Of a DNA stretch of 64,000 nucleotides, positions 23,400 to 36,200 are shown in pieces. Source of the DNA: Squalus acanthias (taxonomy: Eukaryota); the NCBI GenBank assembly GCA_030390025.1, contig CM059432.1, positions 84,012,001 through 84,076,000 of the forward strand, read 5' to 3'. A program made the position numbers and the translations under genes. The notes beneath the pieces are model-generated. The model did no database searches, had not been told where the DNA came from, and saw only the letters and a program-made list of their open reading frames with translations. Each line of letters begins with the position of its first letter. Within the stretch, counting starts at the first letter, position 1.

Positions 23400-24700
23400 T
23401 TGGGGGGAGGTGAGGGGTGGGGGTGGTTGCAGGGCTGGAGGGGGTTACAGAGATAGAAAGAGATTGAAAATCGCGGGGTACTGGGGGACCAGGAGCCAAC
23501 GTAGGTCAGCAGGAAAGGGGGTGATTAGGTGAGCAGGACTTGGTCATGGATAGGATACTGGCAGCAGAATTTTGAATGAGCTAAAGTTTACGGAGGGTGG
23601 AGAACACTGGATTAGTCAAGTCTAGAAGTGACAAAGGCATGGATGAGGGTTTCAGTGGCGCATGGCTGAGGCAAGGGCAATGTTATGGAGGTGGAAGTAG
23701 GCAGTCATTGAGATGGAGAGAATATGGGGGTCAAAAGCAATGTTCCCCCTAATTTCTTTTGGGCCACGTGACCCCTTTAATGTGCTGCACAGTCCATTCA
23801 AACTTCCATGCATGTGCGGTTTTTTGCATTGTAAAGCTGACTCACCAGCTGCGTGGGACCTCGAGACAGCTGCATAGCTTCAGCCTTGCAGCTTAAAGGG
23901 AACGTTGGTCGGAAGCTCAGTTCAGGTTTGAATAGGAAGCCAATATTGTGAACAGTCTGGTTCAGTTCTAAGACAATGGCCAGGAATCAGTGGTGAATGT
24001 ATGGAGTTTGTGGCGGGGGCCGAAGACGATGGCTTCAGTCTACCCAGTGTTTAACTGGAGGAAATTATGGCCTTTCCAAGACTGGATATCGTACAAACAG
24101 TCTGACAGGCTGTGGCGAGGTCAAGAGAGGTGGTGGAGAGGTAGAGCTGGGTGTCGTCAGTGTGCTTGTGGAAGCTGACCCCATGTCTGTAAATGATGTC
24201 TTCAAGGGGCTGCAAGTAGAGAAGGAAGAGGAGGGAATCCAGGACAGATCCTTGGGGGACTCCAGAGGTTTGGGGTGGGAAGAAAAACCACTGTTGTAGA
24301 TGGTCTGGCTACTATCAAAACGTAATAGTGGAACTAAGCAAGGTCAATCCCACTGAGCTGGACAACGGAGGAGAAGCGTTGAAGAAGGATGTTGTTGTTG
24401 GCTGTGTCAGAGGCTGAGAGGTCGAGGAAAACAAAGAAGGGTAATGGTCACAGTCATAGAAGATGTCATTTGTGACTTTGGTTAGGGCCGTTTCAGCGTT
24501 GTGGCAGGGACAGAAACCTAATTGGAGAGATTCAAACATAGGGTTGCAAGATAGATAGACACAGATTTGGGAACCGACAACACGCTCAAGAACTTTGAAG
24601 TGGAAAGGAAAGTTAGAGATGGAGTAGTAACTTGCAAGGACAGAGGAGTCGGGGTTGTGTTTTTTGAACAGGGAGGTGATTATGGCAGTTTTAGGAAAGT
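23400..24700 (-). mobile_element. Decayed L2 LINE (RT region)
   Basis: FESLQLGFCPCHNAETALTKVTND; gactagtcaagtctagaagtgacaaaggcatggatgaggg-like segment (reverse: IHAFVTSRLD). Confidence 0.8.
23738..23907. mobile_element. hAT-type MITE, 170 bp
   Basis: TIRs caatgttccc / gggaacgttg; 8-bp TSD gtcaaaag / gtcggaag (6 of 8). Confidence 0.7.
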
Positions 24701-25114
24701 GTATCCAAGGTGACCTCCTCTGAGGAAGTGGAAGCCTTGTAATTTTTGGACCCTCTTCTAGTTCGGATCCATTCCCTTGCTAGCTGTGCCACCTTGTCAT
24801 GCAAACAAAGAAGTTGGACTTAATTTTAATTTTTGGCAATTGTGTAAAACTGGCAATATCAGATCAGCCGTCCATTATATACCCCGCCCGATTTTCTTTT
24901 CCCTTGTAAATGTCACTGCAGCAGTTGATCTGCTTAACCACTCAATTGGGTCCGTCTTTGAGGCCCTTGTTCCCAACAAAACTTTTACGCTCTGCCATCC
25001 TGGTTGACCCCCTCGTATGATTCCAATCTTGACTCCCTCAAGTCCAAGGGTGCAGACTTGAGTGTGTTTGCAATCCAACTGATTTAGCCATTTGCCTGGA
25101 TAAGAACAGCTCCA

Positions 25115-25345
25115 ACAACACTCAAGAAGCTCGACGCCATCCAGGACAAAGCAGCCCTCTTGATTGGCCCCCCATCCACCACCTTAAACATTCACTCCCT
25201 CCACCACTGGTGCACCGTGTCTGCAGTGTGTACCACCTACAAGATGCACTGTAGCAACTCGCCAAGGCTTCTTCGACAGCACCTCCCAAACCCGCAACCT
25301 CTACCACCTAGAAGGAACAAGGGCAGTAGGCGCATGGGAACACCA
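25115..25345 (+). mobile_element. Family-B LINE fragment
   Basis: caacaacactcaagaagctcgacgccatccaggacaaagcagcc, matching the other family-B copies. Confidence 0.75.
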
Positions 25346-25560
25346 CTAGCTCCAAGTTTGAGCTTGAGCACAGTGTTTGGAGACAGAGCTGGGAAAATCG
25401 CAATCGGAGTGAATTGCAAGCAGAGTGGAAGCTGAGAATTTGGCGATAGTAGGAATTCGGTGGTGAGGAGGAAGGCGGTTTCTCATGTTCAACTCAAAAG
25501 AAGGAGTGGAGTCACAGAACCCGAGGAGTCTAAGTTAAGTATCTAATATTTAGGTTCTTT

Positions 25561-25666
25561 GGGGGAAAAATTAGGTTGCTTTGTGCCTCCCGTCAGTGCC
25601 CCTGGTGAAAAGTAGCACCCCAGTGAAGTTAGCGCCCCAAAGGGGGCGCCACTGAATTTTTTCCCC
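25561..25666. mobile_element. 106-bp mini-MITE, deletion derivative of the 38560-39302 family
   Basis: TIRs ggggaaaaatt / aattttttcccc; TSD TTT (25558-60, 25667-69). The two halves match the two ends of the long copy. Confidence 0.8.
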
Positions 25667-25669
25667 TTT

Positions 25670-28292
25670 ACATACATAAGAACATAAGACGTAGGAGCAG
25701 GAGTAGGTCATTTGGCCCCTCGAGCCTGCTCCACCATTCAATAAGATCATGGCTGATTTAATCTTGGCCTCAACTCCACTTCCCTGCCCACTCCCCATAA
25801 CCCTTGACTCCTTTACCATTCAAAAATCTGTCTATCTCCACCTTAAATATATTCAATGACCCAGCCTTCACAGCTCTCTGGGGACCCTTACTATTCAAAA
25901 ATCTGTCTATCTCCACCTTAAATATATTCAATGACCCAACCTTCACAGCTCTCTGGGGACCCTTACTATTCAAAAATCTGTCTATCTCCACCTTAAATAT
26001 ATTCAATGACCCAGCCTTCACAGCTCTCTGGGGAAGAGAATTTCAAAGATTCACGTCCCTCTGACAGAAGAAATTCCTCCTTATTTCCGTTTTAAATGGG
26101 TGCCCACTTATTCTGAAATTATGCCCCCTAGTTCCAGATTCCCCCACGAGGGGAAACATCCTCTCTGCATCTACCCTGTCAAGCCCCTTCAGAATCTTAT
26201 ATGTTTCAATAAGATCCCGTCTCATTCTTCTAAACTCCAATGAGTATAGGCCCAACCTGCTCAACCTTTCTTCATAAGACAACCCCTTCATCTCCGGAAT
26301 CAACCTCGTGTACCTTCTCTGAACTGCCTCCAATGCAAGTATATCCTTCCTTAAATAAGGAGACCAAAACTGTACGCTGTACTCCAGGTGTGGTCTTGCC
26401 AACACCCTGTACAGTTGTAACAGGACTTCCCTACTTTTATACTCCATTCCCTTTGCAATAAAGGCCAACATTCCATTTGCCTTCCTAATTACTTGCTGTA
26501 CCTGCATGCTAACTTTTTGTGATTCATGTACAAGGACCCCCATTTCCCTCTGTACCTCAGCATTTTATAATCTCTCCCCATTTAAATAATAATTTGCTTT
26601 TTTATTTTTCCTACCAAAGTGGATAACCTTGCATTTTTCCACATTAAACTTCATCTGCCAGATTTTTGCCAACTCACTTAGCCTATCTATATCCCTTTGG
26701 AGATTCTTTGCGTCCTCCACACAATTTGCTTTCCCACCTATCTTTGTATCATCAGCAAATTTGGCTACATTACACTCGGTCCCTTCATCCAAGTCACTAA
26801 TATAGATTGTAAATAGTTGAGGCCCCAACACTGATCCTGCGGCACCCCACCAGTTACAGTTTGCCAACCTGAAAATGACCCATTTATCCCGAATCTCTGT
26901 TTTCTGTTAGTTAGCCAATCCTCTAACCATGCGAATATATTACCCCCAACCCCTGTGAGCTCTTATCTTCTGCAATAACCTTTTATGTGGCACCTTATCG
27001 AATGCCTTTTGGAAATCCAAATACATGACATCTACTGGTTCTCCTTTATCCACCCTGCTCATTACATTCTCAAAGAACTCCAGCAAATTTGTCAAACATG
27101 ATTTCCCTTTCATAAAACCATGCTGACTCTGCTTGACTATATTATGATTTTCTAAATATCCTGCTACCACTTCCTTAATGATGGACTCCAGCATTTTCCC
27201 AATGACAGATGTTAGGCTAACTGGTCTATAGTTGCCTCCTTTCTTAAATAGGGGCGTTACATTTGCCGTTTTCCAGTCTGCTGGGACCTCTCCAGAATCC
27301 AGGGATTTTGGTAGATTACAATCAATGCATCCACTATCTCGGCAGCCACCTCTTTTAAGACTCTAGGATGCAGGCCATCGGGTCCAGGGGACTTGTCCAC
27401 CTTTAGTCCCATTAGTTTGCCTAGTACTTTCTCTCTAGTGATAGTGATTGTTTAAAGTTCCCCCCCCCCCACCCCAATAGCCCCTTGATTATCCATTATT
27501 CAGATGCTTTTAGTGTCTTCTACCGTGAAGACCGATACAAAATATTTGTTCAAAGTCTCCGCCATTTCCCTGTTTCCCATTATTAATTCCCCAGACTCAT
27601 CCTCTAGGGGACCAACATTTACTTTAGCAACTCTCTTCCTTTTTATATACCTGTAGAAGCTCTTGCTGTCTGTTTTTATATTTCTTGATAGCTTACTCTC
27701 ATAAGCTATCTTCTCTCTCTTTATCATTTTTTTTAGTCGTCCTTTGCTGATTTTAAAAAATTTCCCAATCCTCTGGACTTCCACTATTCTTCGCAACATT
27801 GTATCCCTTTGCTTTCAATTTGATACCATCCTTTACTTCCTTAGTTAGCCACAGATGGTTCATCCTTCTCTTAGAGTATTTCTTTCTCACTGGAATATAT
27901 CTTTGCTGAGAGTTATGAAATATCTCCTTAAATGTTTGCCACTGCTTTTCTACAGTCTTACCCTGTCATATATTTTCCCAGACCACTTTAACCAAGTCTG
28001 CCTTCATACCTTTGTAATTACCTTTATTTAAGTTCAGGACACTAGTTTGAGACCTAGCTTTCTCACCCTCAAACTGAATTTGAAATTCTACCATGCTATG
28101 ATCACTCTTCCCAAGAGGATCCTTCACTTCGAGATCATTAATTAATCCAGCCTCGTTACACATTACCAGATCTAAAATAGTCTGCTCCCTGGTTGGTTCC
28201 ACAACGTATTGTTCCAAGAAACCATCCCGCATACACTCTAAGAACTCTTCCTCAAGTCTACCTTTGCCAATTTGCTTTGTCCATTCAATTTG
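25670..28292 (-). mobile_element. 5'-truncated CR1 (HER1-type) LINE
   Basis: Tail at 25670-25790; ORF2 pieces 26043-26543, 26565-26867, 26940-27194, 27500-27799 and 27966-28232. Confidence 0.92.
25806..26033. repeat. 75-bp tandem triplication within CR1 ORF2 C-terminus
   Basis: Three copies of attcaaaaatctgtctatctccaccttaaatatattcaatgaccca(g/a)ccttcacagctctctgggg; in-frame 25-aa repeat. Confidence 0.93.
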
Positions 28293-28463
28293 TATTTAAT
28301 ATCTCACTGGTTCTTGTTAAGGTTGAGTAAATAATTTAGTCTTTGGGTAGTTTGCTTTGAGGAGCGAATACAAAAATTGCAGTGTAGTTTAGACCTAGTT
28401 AACAGCAATTATATAAATCACCTTGTATCTGAGTAGTTTATTTTATTTTAAGTTTCTAATTAA

Positions 28464-28900
28464 ATGGGAGGGATAGCTACGACCCGTAGCCTGCAATTCC
28501 AGTGCCATGTGGGAATTCCAGGACACTTCATATGTCCCGGAGGCCCATATTTGCAGGAAGTGCCGACAGCTGCTCAAACTCACGCTGAGGGTTTCTGAGC
28601 TTGAGGGGCAGCTGGATTCACTGCAGGGCATGAGGGTCACTGAGTGTGCCCTTGATTGCAGGTTCCAGCAGGTGGTCACCCCACAGCCAGATAGAGTTCA
28701 GAATAATAAGTGGGTGGCCACCTGGGAAGATAGAAAGAGGCAGGCAGGCAGTGCAGGAATTCTCCGGGAGTGTGGCACTCTCAAACCAATATTCAGCATT
28801 GAATACTAGTGAGGGTGACGACACCGTAAAGCAGTGCAGTCCTGAGCCTGGCACTGAGACAAAGGACTGCACAGGGGGCTACAGCAAAGTGTAGGAATGC
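28464..28900 (+). pseudogene. CR1 ORF1 N-terminal zinc-finger remnant
   Basis: VACNSSAMWEFQDTSYVPEAHICRKCRQL and ALSNQYSAL parallel the ORF1 at 9063. Confidence 0.75.
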
Positions 28901-28904
28901 AGTA

Positions 28905-29385
28905 TCATAGAATCATAGAAATTTACAGCACAGAAGGAGGCCATGCGGCCCATCTTGTCTGTGCCAGCCAACAAAGAGCTATCCACCCTAATCTCACTTT
29001 CCAGCACTTGGTCCGTAGCCTTGTAGTTAATGGCACTTCAAGTGCATATCCAAGTACTTTTTAAATGTGATGAGGGTCTCTGCCTCTACCACCCTTTCAG
29101 GCAGTGAGTTCCAGACCCCACCACCCTCTGGGTGAAAACATTTCTCCTCAAATCCCCTCTAAACTTCCGACCAAATACTTTAAATCTTTGTCCCCTGGTT
29201 ATTGACACTTATGCTAAGGGAAATAGGTCCTTCCTATCCATTCTATCTAGGCCCCTCATAATTTTATACACATCAATTAGGTCTCCCCCTCAGCCTCCTC
29301 TGTTCCAAAGAAAACAACCCCAGCCTATCCAATCTTTCCTCATAGTTAAAATTCCCCAGCCCAGGCAACATCCTCGTAAATCTCT
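28905..29385 (-). mobile_element. CR1 3' fragment of a different subfamily, (ATTCTATG)n tail
   Basis: atcatagaatcatagaa tail; reverse strand encodes GDLIDVYKIMRGLDR and FFTQRVVG-like motifs. Confidence 0.8.
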
Positions 29386-29389
29386 TCTT

Positions 29390-31020
29390 TTTTAATTCAT
29401 TTATGAGATGTGGGCGTCACTGGCAAGGCCAGCATTTATTGCTCATCCCTAATTGCCCTTGAGAAGGTGGTGGTGAGCCACCTTCTTGAACTGCTGCAGT
29501 CCGTGTGGTGAAGGTACTCCCACAGTGCTGTTAGGTAGGGAGTTCCAGGATTTTGACCCAGTGACAATGAAGGATCGGTGATATACTTCTAAGTCAGGAT
29601 GGTGTGTGACTTAGAGGGGAACTTGGAGGTGGTGGTGTTCCCATGCGCCTGCTGCCCTTGTCCTTCTAGGTGGAAGAGATCGCGGGTTTGGTAGGTGCTG
29701 CCGAAGAAGCCTTGGTGAGTTGCTGCAGTGCATCTAGTAGATGATACACACTGTAGCCACGATACGCCGGTGGTGGAGGGAGTGAATGTTTAAGATGGTG
29801 GATGGGGTGCCAATCAAGCGGGCTGCTTTGTCCTGGATGGTGTCGAGCTTCTTGAGTGTTGTTGGAGCTGCACTCATCCAGGCAAGTGAAGAGTATTCCA
29901 TCAAACTCATGACTTGTGCCTTGTAGATGGTAGAAAAGCTTTGCGGAGTCAGGAGGTGAGACACTCGCTGCAGAATACCTAGCCTCTGACCTGTTGCCAC
30001 AGTATTTATGTGGCTGGTCCAGTTAAGTTTCTGGTCAATGGTGACCCCCAGGATGTTGATGGTGGGGGATTCGGTAATGGTAATGCCGCTGAATGTCAAG
30101 GGGAGGTGGTTAGACTCTCGCTTGTTGGAGATAGTCATTGCCTGGCACTTCTGTGGCGCGAATGTTACCTGCCACTTATCAGCCCAAGCCTGAACGTCAT
30201 CCAGATCTTGTTGCATGCGGGAATGGACTGCTTCATTATCTGAGGAGTTGTGAATGGGGCTGAACACTGTGCAGTCATCAGTGAACATCCCCATTTCTGA
30301 CCTTATGTTGGAGGGAAGGTCATTGATGAAGCAGCTGAAGATGGTTGGGCCTAGGACACTGCCCTGAGGAACTCCTGCAGCGATGTCTTGGGGCTGTGAT
30401 GATTGACCTTCAATCACCACAACCAGCTTTCTTTGTGCTAGGTAGGACTCCAGCCAGTGGAGAGTTTTCCCCCCCGATTCCCATTGACTTCAGTTTTACT
30501 AGTGCTCCTTCATGCCACACTCAGCCAAATGCTGCCTTGATGTCAAGGGCAGTCACTCTCACCTCACCTCTGGACCAAGGCTGTAATGAGGTCAGGAGCC
30601 GAGTGGTCTTGGCGGAACCCAAACTGGGCATCATTGAGCAGGTTATTGGTGAGATGACACCTACCATCACTTTGCTGATGATTGAGAGTAGACTGTTGGG
30701 GCGGTAATTGGCCGGATTGGATTTGTCCTGCTTTTTGTGGACAGGACATACCTGGGCAGTTTTCCACATTGTCGGATAGATGCCAGTGTTGTAGCTGTAC
30801 TGGAACAGCTTGGCTAGAGGCGCGGCTAGTTCTGGAGCACAAGTCTTCAGCACGATGTGCTGGGCTCCACATATTGTCAGAGCCCATAGCCTTTGCTGTA
30901 TCCAGTGTGTTCAGCCGTTTCTTGATATCACGTGGAGTGAATTGAATTGGCTGAAGACTGGCTTCTGTGATGGTGGGGACCTCAGGTGAAGGCCAATATG
31001 GATCATCCTCTTGGCACTAC
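29390..31020 (-). mobile_element. Family-B CR1-like LINE, 5'-truncated
   Basis: [35 protein letters not shown] and FTDDC; family-B tail at 29395-29450. Confidence 0.88.
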
Positions 31021-31023
31021 TAA

Positions 31024-31480
31024 GAGGGAAAAATTTGGTTGCTTTGCGCCTCCCATTAGCGCCCTAAGAGGGCGTTAACAGGGCGCAAAGCAACTAGCGC
31101 CCGGGTGCGGTGCCCCCAACGCCTCCTGCGAAATTCAGCGGGAGGTTAGCGGTGGCGGTATCCGTTAGCGCCCTGTGGTGCTGCGCCGCCGGCGATGATG
31201 TCATCGCTATGCACAGCGCCCCGCTCGCGCCCTGGCCGCGATCTTCGGTAGCGCCCCCTGACTTACCGCTGGACGGTATGTCCGACGGGGTCAGGGGGGC
31301 CTACCTGCGGCCGGGGCGGCGCTATTTAAAGGTGAGGTTCTGGGCGGCCATTTTTGTTGCTGGCCGCCTGCCAGCACCTGCCTCCGCTGCCGTCCCTGGC
31401 CTCCTAAGCACCCCCCCTCCCCCCCCCCCCCCCACCCCCGCAGAGTGCCGGCTGCGCTCCATGCCTGCTTGTTGCTGTGG
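31024..31480. mobile_element. Partial GC-rich MITE, inverted relative to 38560-39302
   Basis: gggaaaaatttggttgctttgcgcctccc... is the reverse complement of ~38850-39300. Confidence 0.8.
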
Positions 31481-31519
31481 CAACACCTAGGAAGATACAA
31501 AGAAGAAAGCAAGAGTTGA

Positions 31520-32500
31520 TGAGCACCAAAATGGCTACAGTACTTTCACTACAAAATATGAACTTAACCATTTGCAATGTATTGTAATGGCAGATATAAT
31601 TGTGCTGCAGGAGTTGCGGAGATATGTGAAGGTGAATGTTGGGACCAACTGCAGCTGGCACATTCCCTCCTACTTCCTCATCTCCCACTGCTTCTCACAT
31701 ATGCCAGCCCAGGAGTTCCAGGGCTTCCTCCTCGTTTGAAGTGAGAGGAGGGAGGCTGGATGTTTCACCACCTATGCCTGCTCACTAACATTGGTTATGG
31801 GATACTTTCCCTTAAGAAAACAATAGGCAATGTGAAGTCTCTCTATTTTCCATGATTTGGAATCCAACCCAGAGTTAAAATGCTGCAGCCATTTAAAAGG
31901 GCACAGGTGTTTCTGCAGAGCAGAAGACAGCAGTGGCTAAAATGGCTGACAGTGTAGCAGTCTCAGGCGTGCCATCAGCTAGAAGGGTCCCCAGATTCTT
32001 GGATACATCTGTTGAGCTCCTCTTGGCAGAAGTGAGGGACAGTTGGGCACTGAGGGCAGGAAGTCCCCTAACAGGGCTGTTCAGGTTGCTTGCAGTACTG
32101 CATGAGAAAAACAATGAAAGAATTTTCCTAGAAAACAAAACATCTGCCATCTGTACCAATGCACTTCTGATTGACTAATTTTGCATATATCGCCTGAGGT
32201 GGCTTGCAATGATCCAGTCACATAAAAATTGAAGGCTGTGATCATCTTCACAGCACCTGAAAGAACCGTCCCTGTCATTGATCTTGTCTGAAAGTCAGGT
32301 TGGAGGAAGTGGCATAACACCATTACTGCCTTCCTGGTGAAATGTAGTTAGCAAAAGTAGATCTTCTCAGATGAATCTACATAGATGTGCCTAGACCTAA
32401 AGTCTAAAGCTGATGTGGAAGGTCCATCTCAGGTTTAAATAAAGCTGCCTTTGATCCCTCCTCAGGTCCTCTGCATCATCCTCCAAAATGTTACATCCAA
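31520..32500. mobile_element. Fragmented old Harbinger remnants
   Basis: + strand RRVPRFLDTSVELLLAEVR (Myb-like start); - strand AVKMITAFNFYVTGSLQATSGDICKISQS (transposase N-terminal region). Confidence 0.6.
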
Positions 32501-32659
32501 ATAAACACTCATATTGGTGTATTAATAACTAGCTGCTTTTATTTCCAGACCTTCTAGAATACTCTATTAAAGAATAACAAAATATTATAAGAGAAGCCAG
32601 CAGTATGCAGAAAGATGGATTATGCCAACACTAGAACTATAATAAAAACCAGTACACTC

Positions 32660-35600
32660 ATAGCTATGTACAAGTATAAACAATTTGGAGGTTCCTTTGA
32701 ACTTTGAGCAGGATTGGTAATGGGTAAGCTGGGACTAATAGCAGGAGTAGCAGATGGTAACGTCTCAGGTTTGGTTTCAACACTGTCATGGTTCACAACT
32801 TTCTTCAGAGATTGTCCTGGAGAGTTCACATCCGAATTAGAGGCACAAACAACATCTTGGAAGATGATTGGTTCATTACACATGGAAATAGGCAAAACAT
32901 CTGAGCTGATCCTTATAATGCTTCCAAAGCAAACCATCCACTGAAGGTAAAAGTATAACACCTACAATCTTCTGTTCAATAACACCAACACACCATTTTT
33001 TCACAATCCCATGGAAATCAAGACATAATACTCTCTCCCATGCAATATTGCTTTGAAGCTGGCGATTCAGCATTACGAAGTTTCCTTCTCGACATTGATA
33101 TTTCCGGGAGTGAGCCTTTGGTGCAGAGGTAACTTTCCCGCCTCTGGGCCAGAAGGTGCAGGGTTCATACCCCACTCCAGACAGTCCCAGCGAGTGGAGT
33201 CGGAGCTCCGGCTTTGAATTCTGGGTTGACATCCAGCGGGATACTCACATCCCATGGGTGTGGATGGCCCCCTCATTGCATGGGTTGTGGGAGCCCATAA
33301 AACCCTCCTGCCGTTTAGAACTAACCACCCTATCGGCTGGTATAAAGATGGTTACGGCCATGGAAGGAGCATTAACGTGGCCAGTCAGACTGTTAATCGG
33401 CCTGCAAATCCTTCCACAGGGAACAGCGAGAAGACACGAAAAGAAGAGAAGATTGATATTTCCATGTCAGGTTTAAAAATATCAAAATGAGCTTGTAACT
33501 TACTTCCAGTGAATAACTCAGCAGGTGTAATGGTATGAGGCGTTATATGATAAGTAAAAAGAAATACAGCTGATGCATGGTGCCAGGATCTTGTGACATC
33601 TTCTTTAGAGAAGTTTTTAATGTATGTATAACCCCCTTAATTTTCCCATTTGACTGTGGCTGTCGAGGTGGAGAGGTAACATGAGATGCACCATTCTTAT
33701 TCAAAAACTGAGAAAAATCATCTGACAGAAAAGCTGATCCATTGTCAGAGACCAGCTCTACAGGAAGTCCATATCGGGCAAACAACTGCTGCTACACGTC
33801 AATCATCGTTGTTGCATCTGTTGACTGCATTGGAAATACTGTGAGCCATTTAGAACAACAATCCAAAACAAGTGACAATTTCCACGTCATCATCTCAGCG
33901 AAATCAACATGAATACATCGCCATGGTTTTCACAGATATTGCAAGTATTAGTTTCTGCGGGGTTTACAGATAAGTTGATTGACAGGCTTGACCCTCATAA
34001 ACAACATCTTCTATGTTGCTATCTAGGGAAGGCCACCACATGTGCATTCCAGCTAATCCTTTCATTCCTACTATACCAGGATGACCTGCATGTAATTCCT
34101 GCAACATATGGTTTTGGAATTTAGGTGGAATAACAACATATGAAGTCCATGAAGCAAACACCCAGCTTCGATCAACAATTCATTTTGATGTCTACCGTAT
34201 AATCATAGTTCTGCTGGCCAGCCATTCACCATGTAGTATATAACACGGGATTGTACAGTGTCATGTGCTGTAGCATTACATATGTCACTGACTGTGATTG
34301 TAAGTGAGTACTTCCGTCGGTGGAATAGGCATTGGTGACCGGTACATCAAAGTCAGCAGCACAATGGGCCGAATGGCCTCTATTTGTACTGTATCATTCT
34401 ATGATTCTAAAAGGTGGTCCTAAGAGACACATACAAATTCCATAGCAGGTTTGCTTGGATCAGTGTTGTATCACAACTGCTGTATGGCTTGAAAGCTACA
34501 ATGCACTTTGTTGATGGTCAAATCTTCAACAGTATGTGAATCTAATATAAGTAGGCGGGACAAAAAATTTGCATTGCATTCAATTTTGATGACATACTGA
34601 TAAGCAAATAACTGAACAACCCATCTTTAAATTTTCATCGAAGTTAAAACAAGCATTCCTCAGTTCTCAGAAAATATGAAAGCTAAAGTTTATGATCAAT
34701 ATACAGAACATAACAATGTCTGAATAGAGATGTGTGAAATTTCACCACTCCAAATATGAGTTCAAGGGCTTCATGTTCGATCTGTGAATAATTGGTCTCA
34801 GAGGAAGTTAACATACTGGAGGCGAACGCTATCGGTTGTTCGGAGCCACGGCAGAGAGAAATCACAGCTCCATTTGAGACGCATCAACCAATAATATCAG
34901 TGGAAAATTCGTTTCATAATATCCCAATAATGGTGCACTTTCCATTAAAGTGTTCAGCCATTCAAATCTACTCTGACGGTCTTTCAACCACTCATGTTCT
35001 TGTGAAAGAGCCTACTCAACGGGAATGTTATTTGGGACTGTCAACATGTGTGAAATAAAGTTCCAATAATAATTGACTAGACCCAGAAATTACTGCAACT
35101 CTTTCACATTCATTGGAGCAGGTGCAGAAGTCATTGCTTCAACTTTCTTCATTGATGGTTGAATACCAACGTTGTTAACAATGAAATAAAAATACTCTAC
35201 AGAGTCTTGCAACAGCGAGCATTTGAACTTTTTTAGACAGAGACCATATTCGTGTAAGTGCTAGAAAACTATTCTGATCTTCCAGTAACCAGAAGTATAT
35301 CCAAGATGCAATCGGTTCCTTGAAGACCAGTTAAAATTGTCTCCATGGTTTTCTGAAATATGACTGGAGCAGCTGCAATACCAAAATTTAGCCTTTTGTA
35401 ACAATGAAGTCCTCGATGCGTATTTATCGTTGTCAAATTCCGACTTCCTTCAGCAAGCTCTAATTGGTATACAACTCTTCAGCCCTGGGCAGAGGATATT
35501 CATGAACATTTAACCTATTGGTTCACAACTATTTGATAGCCACCACCATCAGGTTTTACTGCAGGCATGATTGGGCTTGCCTCGTCATTGTGGTCAATTT

Positions 35601-36200
35601 TCTCAATTATGCCCTCACACTCCACTGATAGTCTTTCCTTTAGTGCATAAGGTACCACTCGGCTTAAAATGTTTTGGCTTCCTCCTTCACATTAAGGTGT
35701 ACCTTTGCTGTACCAAATTTCAGACTGAATAAGGACTTGTGCTCTTCCATGAATATGTCCATGGATTTTTGAGTGGTGATGTTCTTAATATTAGCCCAGT
35801 TTAACTTCAGGGTACAAAACCAAACCATCAATAAGAGACCTTTGCCCTTAACCAGAATTACAGGTAATGGTTTTGTCTGACTTGCATATTTTACTTGGAC
35901 GTTTATTTCCCCAAGGACTGGCAATCGGGGTGTCCAGAATAACTTTCCAGTAAGTCAATTTTCTGAAACTTTTCCTCACTTTTGATGATATAATAGTTAG
36001 CACAGCTCCAATGTCCAATTCAAATTCACATTTAATACCTGCCAGCCAGATGGGGATCACAATTTCGCATTGCCCCTTTCCTGTTATGGAATATACAGGA
36101 AAACGCATCTCTTCTTCGTCTGTCTTACCTTGTGGTACGGTTTCCTTCTCGGGTTCCACATCAGAATTGATATAATGTACACTGGAGTTTGTTCTTTTCT
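32660..36200 (-). mobile_element. Decayed Ty3/Gypsy LTR retrotransposon internal region (PR-RT-RH-INT); LTRs not recognised
   Basis: Protease FELDIGAVLTIIS; RNase H PIAFASSMLTSSETNYSQIEHEAL; integrase zinc finger LHAGHPGI..WWPSLD..CQ; integrase core FARYGLPVELVSDNG..PQSNG; C-terminal DGLLWKHYKDQLR. Domain order is Gypsy-type. Confidence 0.88.
33106..33451 (+). mobile_element. Intact tRNA-derived SINE (346 bp) inserted in the Gypsy integrase
   Basis: 12-bp TSD attgatatttcc (33094-33105, 33452-33463); A box tggtgcagagg; B box ggttcataccc; purine tail gaaaagaagagaag. Confidence 0.82.

Noticed and set aside
24700..24860. Host exon on the minus strand
   Set aside because: It reads DKVAQLAREWIRT, resembling the start of Harbinger Myb exon 2 (DKVAH, EKRAQ), so it is probably a TE remnant.
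32620..32961. Host exon encoding a mucin-like stalk plus transmembrane helix (ORF ending LYIAMSVLVFIIVLVLA, with an acceptor-like tttaccttcag)
   Set aside because: It directly follows the Gypsy integrase C-terminal motif DGLLWKHYKDQLR and matches the usual P/S/T-rich pol tail ending KEPPN.L. The hydrophobic end is best explained as AT-rich read-through. Not fully excluded without RNA-seq.
33106..33180. tRNA gene
   Set aside because: A/B boxes are present, but the sequence continues into a SINE body with tail and TSD, and I could not build a full cloverleaf.
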